Source of the DNA: Trypanosoma brucei | Taxonomy: Eukaryota | Direction of reading: 5' to 3' | Assembly (NCBI GenBank): GCA_000002445.1 | Contig: CM000207.1 | Location: 1,280,001-1,344,000, forward strand | Length of the DNA stretch: 64,000 nucleotides | Part shown: in pieces, positions 31,402-43,256 of the stretch | Layout of the letters: every line of letters begins with the position of its first letter | Position numbering within the stretch: the first letter of the stretch is position 1 | Position numbers and translations under genes: made by a program | Notes under the pieces: generated by a model | The model's database searches: none | Seen by the model: the letters and a program-made list of their open reading frames with translations, nothing else | What the model was told of the DNA's origin: nothing

Positions 31402-33216
31402 CTACTCGGGTTTCCCCGCTTTCCAGGCGCGGAGGCGTCGTTTGCTATCTCCAGGAGACGACAAATAACTGGAAATGGATTGCACCAATGACTCTGCACC
31501 AACAACTTCCTCACCACCTCCCCGACCACCAACTGTTGTGATTTGCATAGCATTGCCCCTACCCACCTGTTTTGCCGTGTCTCCGGAGGATTGCCGCTGC
31601 GCGGCACTGCCATCCTCGTATGACTCCTCCAAACACTCCTCTCCATTAGAATCCTTATCACTGTCAACCACCTGCTCCGTCACGACACGATGTGTGGTAA
31701 CCGTACGCACCGTCACCACGTCACCCTGATCTGTTTTCTGCATAGTGGTGTCGGTATGTGTATTCCGCGAGTTGCCAACGACGCGCGAGTCATGGATCAC
31801 TACTGTACTGGGGACCGATGTGTGGCTGAACCGACGCCGCAGTACTTCAGGGGACGCATCAGCGTTCGGACTACTTCGTGAAACGGGGATGCTCGGGCCC
31901 CTATCCGGTGTCGTTTCCCCTGTGCTGCCGTCGCCACCAGCCAGCACGGCCCCATCTGGCAGGTCATTCACAAAATCATTTAGGAACGCCATATCTTCGT
32001 TGGTGGCAACCTTTGGCCGTGGCATCCATACGTGACGAGTTACGGTGCGACCAAGTACACTTTCAAGTAGGCACATGGCTCTATACATCTTCCATGTTGC
32101 CTGTATTTTGGTTGCACACTTACCCTTCGACCAATGTTCCATACACTTTACAAGATAATCCGACCGCCGTCGTAGCTGGATAATCCATGGGTGATCGTAG
32201 TCATACACGACGCAAAGAATTCCGAGGCACCGGCGAACCAACAACAAGGCGCGGTTGTACAAGTGCAAGTCCTCGTATATCTGGGCGAGCTCAACCAGGG
32301 CCGGTATGAGGAGCTCCGACTGCCTACGGTGTCCTATTTCCACCACCTCTATACATCGAAGCAGCAGCAACTCACATGGAGATGCCTTGAGTTCACGTGT
32401 CATTTGACTGCGCAGTACAAAGTCATCTTCTGTGGTGTAATTCGGTTTTGTCACCTTCGGGCGAGGAATTTTAACCACACTCACTGTGGGGCCAACTCGC
32501 CGCCGCGGCTGCTTTGGAACGATGGACTTGAGAACCTCCTGATTCAAGCTAAATATACTAGAATCGGATAAAACGCTACTCGTAAACGAAGTATCGGAAC
32601 ACACACTGCTATTTGACGATGTAGGGGGCTGTGCCTGATTGTTCGCAAATGTAAATCCTATGGTGTTTCGTTCCTGCTCGTACCATATCCTCGCCATACC
32701 CACCATAGCTAACACATAGCGCTTCAGAACCATGTACATTTCCTTCTCACCTCGTGCCACGCGCGTCTCAGCGATCTGTATGGCGCGTGCGTATACTGTT
32801 TTGGCGCTCTCTACATCTCCAAGTGAAGCAAAAACGTCACCCTCCTTCTGGTACACTAATACCGCAAGATGATCGAAGCGATGGGCCGGTACCTGCTCAA
32901 GAAGTGGGTAACAGCTGTGAAGAAGCTGAAGTTTAACTGTTCCTCTCACGTCCACCAGCCGTTCGGCCTCCTTGACAGCATTCAGAACCTGCAATGTCGC
33001 CTCATCTGCTTCATCCACTACATGAAATTCCTCGTCACCTCGGGCGACCTCCTCCTTATGGGTTTTATTCGGCTTCTTCACAGCGGTATTTCGACTGATG
33101 ATGGAACTTCTGCTCGACACCTCTCTGGTGTGGCCATTCACAAGAAGTTTAGCCCGTGTATTACTTTTAGCCAAAGCACTGATGGCGGCATTGTCTGACG
33201 ACGCTCCAGCCCCCAT
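31402..33216 (-). CDS. hypothetical protein with IQ calmodulin-binding motif; N-terminus MGAGAS (N-myristoylation consensus)
   Basis: 604 aa. 'ATKIQATWKMYRAMCLL' is an IQ motif. The N-terminal Gly2 and Ser6 fit MGxxxS. Confidence 0.55.
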   Translation of the reverse strand: MGAGASSDNAAISALAKSNTRAKLLVNGHTREVSSRSSIISRNTAVKKPNKTHKEEVARGDEEFHVVDEADEATLQVLNAVKEAERLVDVRGTVKLQLLHSCYPLLEQVPAHRFDHLAVLVYQKEGDVFASLGDVESAKTVYARAIQIAETRVARGEKEMYMVLKRYVLAMVGMARIWYEQERNTIGFTFANNQAQPPTSSNSSVCSDTSFTSSVLSDSSIFSLNQEVLKSIVPKQPRRRVGPTVSVVKIPRPKVTKPNYTTEDDFVLRSQMTRELKASPCELLLLRCIEVVEIGHRRQSELLIPALVELAQIYEDLHLYNRALLLVRRCLGILCVVYDYDHPWIIQLRRRSDYLVKCMEHWSKGKCATKIQATWKMYRAMCLLESVLGRTVTRHVWMPRPKVATNEDMAFLNDFVNDLPDGAVLAGGDGSTGETTPDRGPSIPVSRSSPNADASPEVLRRRFSHTSVPSTVVIHDSRVVGNSRNTHTDTTMQKTDQGDVVTVRTVTTHRVVTEQVVDSDKDSNGEECLEESYEDGSAAQRQSSGDTAKQVGRGNAMQITTVGGRGGGEEVVGAESLVQSISSYLSSPGDSKRRLRAWKAGKPE

Positions 33217-34063
33217 TTACCCCTGATCGAATCTCTTGTTTCTTCTACAAGAATGAGAGTCCTTCACCGGTACCGCCCGCCACTACTCTAATTGTTTGTG
33301 CTACGCACGGACCTAAGAAACCTCCGCAACAATGTAACAATATATGAAAATTTCAGGACCTCACTGCAATTCTTCTCCTTCTACCCAGTTGATTCTTCCC
33401 CACCCCCCTTTTAACTTCCCCTTTGTTTCGACTTCTTGAAGTGTTACTTTCGTCTGCTTGATGTTTTATGTATTTAGAAGTAATGAGGCACCACCACTGA
33501 AGCACCCGGTAATGGAAGGCAACGGAGATGCAACCTCTAATTTTGTTGTCTGCTCCCACCAAACCACGCTTGCAAACAGACAAAAATCAATTGCACACGG
33601 AAAAAAAACAGCGATAATAAGCGCAGTCGTGCAGAACGTTTGTTGATATAGGCAAAAGGCATTGTTCAATTATTGATACGGTCATGAACAATGCGGTCTG
33701 AATGAATGAAATGAAGTGTTTCACATGCATATATACGGAGAGAGGACAACAACAAGGTCCCGTTACGAAATATAACTAAACCCAAAGCTGTAAGAAAATA
33801 TCAGAGCAACACGTAACACAAACAGTGGTGTTCGTGACCAGAATGACCCGAGACTAGAGGAGGAAGTGAGACCAGCGAATACCATAACGTATGAATAGAG
33901 GAGTGTCTTGGCGAAGCGCCTAAAAAAATTTACTTTTTCAATGATAAAACGCAGAAAACAGGTGGTCTGATCCCATCCATTTACACTGGTCAAGCAAGCG
34001 AGAAGAGCCAATTTACTTGTCAGGGGTTCGCTGAACTCGGGTGCTGACAGACACACTGACACA

Positions 34064-34065
<2 letters not shown>

Positions 34066-34101
<36 letters not shown>
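34066..34101. repeat. (CA)18 microsatellite
   Basis: Seen directly. A shorter (GT)n occurs at 14680-14695. Confidence 0.95.
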
Positions 34102-34105
<4 letters not shown>

Positions 34106-34495
34106 TCGAAGGCACTTTCCAAAATCCATTAAAAATCCATTTTGGTACGAAAGCCAGTAGCAGAACTGTTAACCATATATAAAATCAGTCCTCTCCTTCG
34201 CTCCTTCCCTTCCTCCTTGCTACAGCTTTCTGCATCTTATCCTTCACTTTACCTAAACAATCACCTAACATGGTACGCAGTTTGATTGCTCTCCCGTTAC
34301 TTCTCTCGCAAAAGCCAAGGGCTGTGATGAACAGGGCGAAGCGCAAAAAAAAAAAAGAAAAAAAAAGAAGCCAAATGAGTAGAGGGCATCGTCGTTAGCA
34401 TGCACGCATGTATGGGCACGCTATAGAGACGGATGCTGTGTGCAACAACCCCATCATCTCCTTACTTCATTCAGCGCGTGAGTAAATAAATATGA

Positions 34496-34984
34496 TCAAC
34501 AATCCAGGTAATCCGACGCCATCAGCAGCCCCAAAACGATATCCTGATCACTGGATGAAGTGGGGTTTAGCTCACCCAGAAGCGCAAATTCGTCGGTAGA
34601 ATTTACATCTGACGTACTGCGCTGGACTAAATAGCGACAAACCAGCTCCAGTATGCGGCCACTAAGCACTTCAAGAGGAATACATGGCATTGTGCCTATG
34701 TTATTGCTGGCGTGTACAGTTGTATGTTGCTCACCCCGCGCATTTGTCGGTTCCGCAAAACCACCACGCTCTGGGAGTGAATAAACAGCATCTAGCAGCA
34801 TGGCCAGCATTTTGCTTTGGCGCGCTGCAACCTCAGGAAGAACGAACTCCATACCGTCATTAGACTTCAAGCAAACGTACGGCAAGGGTCTTGTGGGGGT
34901 ACGAACCGCAGAACTTTTTGGTGCATCTCCTGCACGCACTGTCTGGGGCAGCAATACCCAATTGCGTTGCATTGTGCTCTTCAC
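34496..34984 (-). CDS. elongin C-like (Skp1/BTB-POZ fold) protein
   Basis: 'YVCLKSNDGMEFVLPEVAARQSKMLAMLL' and the C-terminal '...IVLGLLMASDYLDC' match elongin C ('[29 protein letters not shown]...ALELLMAANFLDC'). Confidence 0.65.
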   Translation of the reverse strand: MKSTMQRNWVLLPQTVRAGDAPKSSAVRTPTRPLPYVCLKSNDGMEFVLPEVAARQSKMLAMLLDAVYSLPERGGFAEPTNARGEQHTTVHASNNIGTMPCIPLEVLSGRILELVCRYLVQRSTSDVNSTDEFALLGELNPTSSSDQDIVLGLLMASDYLDC

Positions 34985-35873
34985 CTTCGTCCTATTCTGC
35001 TTTTCTGTAGTTTACAAGCGTCAGCAGCCCCTTCCCACCCCCGTAAGTGCGTGACGGTGGCTGCTTAAACTCTTCTTTTTTTTTTTTCCTCCCCACCCTG
35101 CTTACTTTTCTTAATATTATTGTGTCCTTGCTCTCCTTTGGTGAATTTTAATCTCCCCTCGAAGGACGTCACGTTCTTACAGGGAAAGAAGAAAATAAAA
35201 GGAAAAAAGAAATGATAATGACCTCCTCTTGTCACCGTTCACTTTGGAGGAAGTCACAACAGCGAAAATGGAAAAAGGAAAAATAAGTAAAAATCAATGC
35301 TACGATCTTGTTTGTTGTTGCCTCTCACTTAACGCAGACAATAACATCTTTTCCTGTTTTTTTTTTCTGAGGGGGCTAATGTTTCCCAGGTACTTCGAAA
35401 GGTGAAAACCCGGGCAGCAACTAACGACATATGCACGCACACAAAAGAAAAAAATGTAAAATTTAACCGACCATTTATATATATATATATATATATATAT
35501 TCTTTTTTTTTCTTCTCGACCCTTCCTGCACACCGTTTGAGTCTCCCCTACCTCACGTAGCAAGTTGCCTGGATATATCCGACAGAAAGGATTATACCCA
35601 CCATTATACACCCCCCCCCAAAAAAAAAAACTGAGTGGTCACGAAAAACAAAAAAAAAGGAGGAAACATTAACTACTGTGGGTTATCGGAGGTTTCCCCT
35701 CCCTCCCTTCCTCGTACACACAAACAAACGTAAACAAAGACGTAAACGAAAATACATAAACATGTAAACCAACACACTGTCCACCTTCGTCGCGCGCTCT
35801 TGCTTAACTTTTTTTTTTTCACCTCTCTCAAACCCCAATGCACTAAACGAACTGATGCCACTTAAGGTCCCCA

Positions 35874-36311
35874 TCATTTTCCCACGGAATTATTATTACG
35901 CGGGATGTAAATGTCAGGGTCACGAAAAACTGTTGGGTTAAGCACATCGACACCGCCTTCCACCTTTAAGCGCTCTCTGACCTTCGTCACGGCCTCTAAA
36001 AGTGGTGGATGCCCAAAAGCTTCATCATATTGTTTCAACCAGTTCCGGAACTGCTGCTCATGCCTTAGCGTTGCCATGGTTTCACGAAATACCCATGTGC
36101 TCTGTTTGTGACGTGTAACGCACTCACGCATGTCAATTAGGCGGCTGCGACAGTCGTAAAGGACGTCGAGTTCCTGGCTCTCACGAATGCAAGTCATCAG
36201 CCGCTGCCAAAACCGTTGGCAATTGTTTTCGTTCAGGTAACTTGCAGAAATATTGGTGATGTCCGACGAAAACGTGTCGTCGGGCACTTCACGGGCACCG
36301 AACATTGACAT
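35874..36311 (-). CDS. twin Cx9C (CHCH-domain) protein, probable mitochondrial intermembrane-space/Cmc1-like assembly factor
   Basis: 'C-QRFWQRLMT-C' and 'C-RSRLIDMRE-C' each have exactly 9 residues between the cysteines, separated by a 12-aa linker. The protein is 145 aa. Confidence 0.6.
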   Translation of the reverse strand: MSMFGAREVPDDTFSSDITNISASYLNENNCQRFWQRLMTCIRESQELDVLYDCRSRLIDMRECVTRHKQSTWVFRETMATLRHEQQFRNWLKQYDEAFGHPPLLEAVTKVRERLKVEGGVDVLNPTVFRDPDIYIPRNNNSVGK

Positions 36312-37218
36312 TGTTCCTTACACCCCTCTCAATTTGTATCGTCTGTGCGTAGTGGAAACAAATAAAAAGGAAACTAAGAACCTGAATGTGTGTTCCCTCT
36401 CTTCTCCTTCGTTGTTCCTTTAAAACTATAATCAACTTGTCAGGTCAACCCAACTAGTTGGATGAGGACAAGGCAGACAGCAATTAAAAAAAAAAAAATA
36501 GGGGAAAATAGTCGTTTCGATTTAACATTATTATTATTATTTTATTTTATTTTGTAACAGAGGATGTAGCACTTGAAAAAAAAAAAAGACAGAAGCACAT
36601 AAAGACAACAGAAAAGGGAGTTGCATTCATTCACCATTAGGAAATGACTAGGAGGGGAGTGGCACAAATCGGTGGGTAGCTTTAGGGATTGTACATGCAG
36701 CAAACGTGACAACATATCAAATGCTCAAAGTCTTCAGGGGGAGTCATATTTTAGAACAGGTGTTGGAATCGTTCGCGCAAAGACTCCCAACACTTCTCCT
36801 CTCCTCCCCCCCCCCTCTCTCTCTCTTCATAACACACAGTATGAGATAGCCTTAGCAAGGAAAAAAAAAAACGCTCAACTGTATCCCCTACAAAGCGGGC
36901 TATCAATATCAATAAACAATTTTTTTGTTATAAAAAGGAAAGTGAGATCAGAGGGCGTGACAACAGAAATGGATGAAAAGAGAACAAAAGCAAGTCGCGG
37001 ATCACATACAAAAAAAAAAAAGAGAAATATAGTAATAAAAACAACAATTATGTATATATTTATATTTATTTATGTGCAGGTGTGTCGATAATGGCTTTCC
37101 CGCGAAACACACATACATTAGCGTACAGAGACATACACACGGTCTTTCTCGACTATTTTGATTGCTGACATACACAAATTATCCGTAACAAAAATCTGTT
37201 TTTCAACCTCTATTGTCC

Positions 37219-38976
37219 TTAGCAACGCCTTGACTGACCCCTGATAATTGACTGGTACTGGGCTAACTTACGCTGGTTTCCGCGAACACTCGGCTGAAGA
37301 GGAACAACATTTTGCCTGCGCTCCTCTCCCCGTGTGTCGCCATCACGCGCCCGAGACTGTGGGGATTCCGCCAAACGCCGCTGGGAGGAGGTCTCATGCG
37401 GTGGATGTGGGAGGTGTACATTACGTCTACTTCTGTTATTTCCACCCATCCGTCCATGACCCCCTGCAACCGCCTCCGGTGGCGTGAGAATACCGCTTTC
37501 GGTCAACGACAGAGAGCTACCCTCTTCCCGCTCATTACGACGACTTCTCAATGCTCTTATGGCGTGCCTGGCATTCCCGGACGCTGGCATAATCGGTTGC
37601 AGGAAGGTTGAGCGGGATTGAGGATTCGCGGAGTCGTTGGTAAGGGATAGGGATCCTGACCTGACGGTGGGACGCGTCACAGCCACAATTTCTGGGACTC
37701 GCGTTGGCAACCCCTCCTCAGCTACGTAGTGTGCTATACGGGTAGAAGTACTCGACACAGGTGGTGATACGGATCTGTTGAGTGCAACTGGTGGCGGTAA
37801 GAAAGTTGTCCCCGCCATCGGTGTATAACGGTTTCCCCGTCGCAGCTGGTCGCTTCGTTCGCTGCTTTCGTTCGCTACCTCAACTGGGCAATCCCTTGAG
37901 TTTCGATTCGTAACATCTGCACTAACAGGAGACAAACTATGAGAGGAAGGGTCAACAGCTTCATGGGTAATGCTCACATTTGACGTCGATGGAGAGAGTG
38001 TTTCGCAGCGCCGCCGTCCGCCATCTACAGTTCGATTAGGGCTGCTAACTGTCCGCGAAGTTTCAGTCCCGGTGCCATCACCCCCGCCTCCACTAATTAC
38101 CTGTGCTACGCCGACAGCTGCCCCAGAGGAAGATAACTGCATTTGCTGTGTCTGTTCTTCCTCTTCTCGCCCAAGTTGCTGAGGGCGCTCCTGGTGGCGC
38201 TGCATCGTGCAGTCGACTGGAACACCAACACTTTGGGTGATTTGTTGGTGCCGACGCGGTGTGGCGCTCGGCAAACGCTCATTTCGCTCCTCTGCAACTC
38301 CAGAAAGCGAGTGCGAAGGGCATAGTGTCCAGTCACCTTTCGTTTCACCAACTTCCCCATCAACCAATCTAGATTCCCACCAGGTTGGCTGTGCCGCGTC
38401 CTTGTACTGCTGCTCCACATCTTGTAGCGTGAACCGACAGTTTGGGCACGTCCTCGTACGCTCCAACCAGTGCTGCATGCACGTCACATCAAAGACGTGA
38501 CCACAGGGCAGGCAGTACACTTCAGACTGCAGCGGAAATGATTCCTGGCAGATGGAGCAAACAGTCTGACCAGATGTTTCCAGACGGTCTAACGTATCGC
38601 GGTCAAGCGTAACACGTCTCAGTTTCTCAACAGCCTCCTGGTCCAGCGGAGCGGCCACACGACGCTGCTGTTCACTGATTAGCAACTGCAAAGCGAGTGC
38701 TTGGAGAAGCAATGGACCCAACTCTGTTATGAGCGGATCTTGAGACGCGGGTGGCATCTGCTCCGTCGCGACGGCCGAAAGCGGGGTGCTTCCAGCCTCC
38801 GCTTCAACTTGGCCAAAAACCAGTGTCACTTGCTCCCTGTTTTCCGCTCCCTCTTGTTGAACCTGAAGGACGATTGGCTGCACCCCCTGGTCACGACGCA
38901 ACATATGAGCCCGCACCAACTGCAGCATCATGTCGTACTCCTCCCGAAGTTCCAATCCTCGCCCATTTCCAATCAT
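37219..38976 (-). CDS. RING-H2 finger E3 ubiquitin ligase-like protein
   Basis: 'CSICQESFPLQSEVYCLPCGHVFDVTCMQHWLERTRTCPNCR' is a C3H2C3 RING. The remainder is low-complexity Ser/Arg-rich. Confidence 0.8.
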   Translation of the reverse strand: MIGNGRGLELREEYDMMLQLVRAHMLRRDQGVQPIVLQVQQEGAENREQVTLVFGQVEAEAGSTPLSAVATEQMPPASQDPLITELGPLLLQALALQLLISEQQRRVAAPLDQEAVEKLRRVTLDRDTLDRLETSGQTVCSICQESFPLQSEVYCLPCGHVFDVTCMQHWLERTRTCPNCRFTLQDVEQQYKDAAQPTWWESRLVDGEVGETKGDWTLCPSHSLSGVAEERNERLPSATPRRHQQITQSVGVPVDCTMQRHQERPQQLGREEEEQTQQMQLSSSGAAVGVAQVISGGGGDGTGTETSRTVSSPNRTVDGGRRRCETLSPSTSNVSITHEAVDPSSHSLSPVSADVTNRNSRDCPVEVANESSERSDQLRRGNRYTPMAGTTFLPPPVALNRSVSPPVSSTSTRIAHYVAEEGLPTRVPEIVAVTRPTVRSGSLSLTNDSANPQSRSTFLQPIMPASGNARHAIRALRSRRNEREEGSSLSLTESGILTPPEAVAGGHGRMGGNNRSRRNVHLPHPPHETSSQRRLAESPQSRARDGDTRGEERRQNVVPLQPSVRGNQRKLAQYQSIIRGQSRRC

Positions 38977-39561
38977 CGTATCTTAAGACGAAGCCAAATG
39001 ACGCAACCAGAAAACCCAAGCAAACGAGGACAGAAAAAAAAAACAAGAAAAAAAGGAGGGGATCAACTACTACTATTTAAATCTACCCACCTATTAGAAG
39101 TTATATAACGCTCTGTTATTCCTATCTTCCGCTTCTTACGCTTGAAGAGGAACGGGACCACCAACACGGGGACACTCCCTCGAGCTCTACGCACTCCTTT
39201 ACGCTCCCCCCCCTCCCCAATGGGAGTTGAATACTTGCTGGGGATTTACCAGCGAAGCTTGCGCTGGCAGCTTTGTTCTCCCCGAGAACCTACAGTTTCC
39301 TACTTTTTATTTGAGTGTTGTTAGCCCCTCAGTATCTGTGCTGATAGTTCTACAAACCTACGAGGCTAAGGAAAGAAAAAAGTAAAAAATAAAAATAAAA
39401 TAAGCGTATATGGGTCTCATGAGGTAAAGTGGAGCGAGATGAGCTGCGGACCGCGGTGGCGATCAATTTGCTGCGCACCAAAGTCTAACAGCAGTGCAAG
39501 GGGAGCAAAGTAAGCACACGTAAGCTATGTACGAGCACCAGTGTACGCGTATATCGTTATT

Positions 39562-39590
39562 GGGAATGGGAATGGGAATGGGAATGGGAA
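39562..39590. repeat. (GGGAAT)5 hexamer repeat in a 1.65-kb intergenic region
   Basis: Seen directly. Confidence 0.9.
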
Positions 39591-40627
39591 GGACCATGGG
39601 ATAACAAACCCATCACAAGCATTCATACACACACATACTGACGCGAACACGAACACATACCACATACACATACACAAACACACGTCAGACCTTTTGTTTC
39701 GAAGCATTATTTCCCCTCAACACGTCCGTCCTCGCAGTACGCGGAGCAAACAAAAAAAAACTTACTGTCTTAAGTCGAACCAACGCCCTCGCCTCTGTAA
39801 GCGTGTGAGAGTTGCAAAGGAACCCCGATTCCTTCTCCCCCCTGCTTTCATTTTTTTTTCCCCCCCGTCCCCTTCGTCACCCTATCCTTCAGATGAAGAT
39901 CAATGGGATCTGGAATAGGCGGCCCCACGGCACCCAGCGGAAAACGTAAGAGAGTTTTGCCATATCGGTTAGGTACAGAGAGAAAAAGTAACAACGGAAA
40001 AACAATTGGTTACTTAGAAGTGTGTATATGTGTATGTGTGTATATGTTTCCGCATCTATGACAGTGCATAAAGGGGAATGCATGACAGAACACCACCACC
40101 CACCACATAAACGCGTCGCTTCCCTTCCCCATCACTCTGTGAAGAAATAATACCCACACAACAAACTCGCCCACGAGCTGCGACCAGAAGTCTACCCGGG
40201 GTCAGCAAGATGTACGCGTGCATGCGTACCAAATGAGAGTTTGTTTTCGCCCACGAGCACGGAATAGTCCCCTTACTACCAAATGTGGAAAAGGATTAAC
40301 CTCTCCGTCAGACCGCTGCAAAGAGGTTATTCCCTTTTCCCTCAACTCCATTCTGAAATCGTTACACCGACTGGTGCAGAGACAGAAGGTTGGACAACGG
40401 ACGCACACTAACAAATGCACACAAACACGCTCACCTCACGCGATACAACCAGGTATTCTTAATACGAAACCTGAGGGAACTCAAAGGGCCTCCTCTCCCT
40501 CCCACCACTTGAGTTCCTCAAACCTCTGCACTCCACAAATTCGCCCATTTCGGTTTGCTTTGCCATACTCGTCATTTATTTACACACACCTGCATACAGA
40601 CCAAAAACGCACGCGGACATATGCTCC

Positions 40628-42010
40628 CTAGGCGGCAAACCAAGATTTGTACCGACCCTTCAGCTCCTGCAATTGCGGATCCGTAAGTTCCAGCGGTTTC
40701 TCGTCCTTTGCAAAGTCAGCAATCAAATTCTTCTGCTTCTCTGTTAATGATTTCGGAAGCAGGACCGCAAAATGAATAAAGAAATCGCCCGTTTTATTCT
40801 GATTTGGCCGATGCACACCCCGACCCCGGAGCACCAGCTTATCGCCTTGCTGAGTACCCACCGGTACCTTTGTTTCCACTTCACCCGTTAGCGTTGGTAC
40901 CCGCACGGCACCGCCAAGAACTGCAGTCGCAAGAGTAATAGGCGTTATTACGTGAATGTCACATCCCTCACGATGAAATACTGGGTGCTCGTCAACACTT
41001 ATCTCCACGTACAGGTTTCCTGGTGGACCGTTTCGAACGCCTGCCTCACCCTTGCCGCTGACCTTCAGCCGTTCCTTGTTGTCAACGCCCTTTGGAACAG
41101 GTAAGGTTTGGACACTACGATCCTTGACAATTCCCTTCCCGCTGCAGTGAGTACAAGAAGACCTGCCAGTTTCGCCCGTTCCGCCACAGTGCGTACAGTC
41201 TTGCTGCATGTGAAAGAAACCTGTGCTCATTACTTTCTTCCCACGCCCACCGCAGTGCACACACTTTGCTTTAGATCCCGAGTCTTGGAAACCACTCCCC
41301 GTACAAGAGCCACAGCGACGGAAGGTGTTGAAGGATATCTCCTTGCTGCACCCATTCACAGCTTCGAGGAAAGAGAGTCGGAGTTTGAAGTGAATGTCCG
41401 CACCTGGCTCCGGACCCTGCGGCTTACGAGTTTTGTCCTTTCCCGCACCACTCATCTTTTGAAAGATCTCCTCGAAGTCATTAAATGAAAACCCTTGCCC
41501 ACCGGCAGCACCCGCAAACGGATTGGCACCCGCCCCAAAAGGATTTTCACCGCCTGCCTGAGCAAAGGGGTTAAAACCCGGACCAGCACCAAATTTATCT
41601 GCAGCACCGGAGTTTCCAGTCATGTCATACATGCTGCGCTTCTGTGGGTCAGACAAGACATCAAATGCCTGCTTCACATCAGCAAAATCCTCTGCAGCAC
41701 GAGGACTGGGATTAACATCAGGGTGGAGTTGCTTCGCCTTCTTTTTGTAGGCCGACTTGATTTCTTCTTGTGTGGCGTTCCGCGCGACACCAAGCACACT
41801 GTACAAGTCTTTTTTCGCATTTGTAGCTGAAAAGCGTCGTGACACTCCCAGTCCTGCTGATACCACAGCAGTGCAAATTATACTCCCCGAAGCACAAACT
41901 GTGTTAGGACGAACTCCAGGGGCGGTAAAGTGTCTACTGGGCACAAGAGAAAATGTAGACGGTATTGCACGCCTGACGTACTGCTGGAACAAAGGACTCC
42001 GTTGCCTCAT
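40628..42010 (-). CDS. type I DnaJ/Hsp40 with N-terminal presequence (mitochondrial Mdj1-like)
   Basis: J domain 'DLYSVLGVARNATQEEIKSAYKKKAKQLHPDVNP'. Gly/Phe-rich linker. Four CxxCxGxG zinc-finger repeats (CGSCTGSG, CVHCGGRG, CTHCGGTG, CTHCSGKG). C-terminal DnaJ_C. Arg/Ser-rich N-terminal 80 aa. Confidence 0.9.
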   Translation of the reverse strand: MRQRSPLFQQYVRRAIPSTFSLVPSRHFTAPGVRPNTVCASGSIICTAVVSAGLGVSRRFSATNAKKDLYSVLGVARNATQEEIKSAYKKKAKQLHPDVNPSPRAAEDFADVKQAFDVLSDPQKRSMYDMTGNSGAADKFGAGPGFNPFAQAGGENPFGAGANPFAGAAGGQGFSFNDFEEIFQKMSGAGKDKTRKPQGPEPGADIHFKLRLSFLEAVNGCSKEISFNTFRRCGSCTGSGFQDSGSKAKCVHCGGRGKKVMSTGFFHMQQDCTHCGGTGETGRSSCTHCSGKGIVKDRSVQTLPVPKGVDNKERLKVSGKGEAGVRNGPPGNLYVEISVDEHPVFHREGCDIHVITPITLATAVLGGAVRVPTLTGEVETKVPVGTQQGDKLVLRGRGVHRPNQNKTGDFFIHFAVLLPKSLTEKQKNLIADFAKDEKPLELTDPQLQELKGRYKSWFAA

Positions 42011-42494
42011 ATTTCGTCAACCGCCAGATTTTCTGCGTCAACGAAAGCAAGGACTATTGCTCGCCCTCTCTCAGCACCCCCTCCCCTTTACTTCAAATAC
42101 TCGTGTGTATATGCCTTCTTTTTCCGCTCCTTATTATTGTTAGTCTAAACTTCAAAAATAAAATAATACACCCCTCCACTTTACTCGTTACTTCGCTACG
42201 CGGGTCCTCAACCACTAAAATACGTCTCCTCACCCATGAAAAGAATGGCGATGCAACAAGCGCACAGAAAAGAAAATAAAGAAATGGCAAAAACAATTCC
42301 GTATACTCGAACAAGATGATCACATCCATAAAAAGTCACCGAAGCAGAAACTGAGACGCACAAAACAGGTGTGCAACGCTTCACTCTGCTATAATTTTTT
42401 TTTGTTACTTTGGCGTAATAACCTTTAAAAAAACATAAAGACACAAACATTAAACAACAAATGTGGTTTCCGGGGCTGCGCTCGTCCTAAAACT

Positions 42495-43256
42495 GTTTAG
42501 GCCATGATGTTGTATGGGGTGATCTTACCCTTTGGTGTGATCAGCTTCACGTGGAGGCCGCGTTGTTGCAACTTCCCTGCGTCACGTAACTCCTCGTACT
42601 CATTTCGGAGGATGTTTGTGAAGCCCCAATATTTCGATATCACAATGATTTGCCTACCAGGGAACTTCATCTTAGCACGGCGAAGAGACTCCAGTGCCTG
42701 TGGGACGTATGTGTCCTTTGTCCTCATAGACAAGAGGATCTGACCAATCCGCACGCGGGCGCAGGTCCCATTCGGTTTGCCGTACGACTGCCGCATGCCC
42801 GTCTGCAGACGATCGGCGCCAGCACACGAAAGCATTTTGTTGATGCGAAGTACGTGGAACGGATGGGCGCGGATACGCATGTGGAAACATTCCTTGTTGG
42901 CACGCTTCACCATATACTTGTTAGCCTGAATACGGGCAGCTTCCAATGCCTCAGATGAGATTTGCTCTAGTTCACGGGACACAACATGGACACACACGGG
43001 GAACTCATCCACTGGCGCACGGCGCTTACCAATGTCGAAGGTGCGAATCCTCGGGTCCGGTACACCACGACAGAAGCGTGACTTAGGATACGGTTTGTTC
43101 TTGCAGAAGCGGTAGCAACGTGCGGGACGGCGAGCCATGACGAATCTTTTGGCCGATCAAACCACTGCAGAAACAAGAAGTATAAGAAAGTACAGACAAA
43201 GGAAAAAAAGGAAAGATGTGAGGAAAAAGTTATGTTAACATCACAATGGATGGAGG
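42495..43256. repeat. second copy of the 762-bp RPL10 duplicate
   Basis: See 4899..5660. Confidence 0.9.
42497..43138 (-). CDS. RPL10: 60S ribosomal protein L10 (QM/uL16), copy 2
   Basis: Protein identical to copy 1. DNA identical across 42495..43256 = 4899..5660. Confidence 0.95.
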   Translation of the reverse strand: MARRPARCYRFCKNKPYPKSRFCRGVPDPRIRTFDIGKRRAPVDEFPVCVHVVSRELEQISSEALEAARIQANKYMVKRANKECFHMRIRAHPFHVLRINKMLSCAGADRLQTGMRQSYGKPNGTCARVRIGQILLSMRTKDTYVPQALESLRRAKMKFPGRQIIVISKYWGFTNILRNEYEELRDAGKLQQRGLHVKLITPKGKITPYNIMA

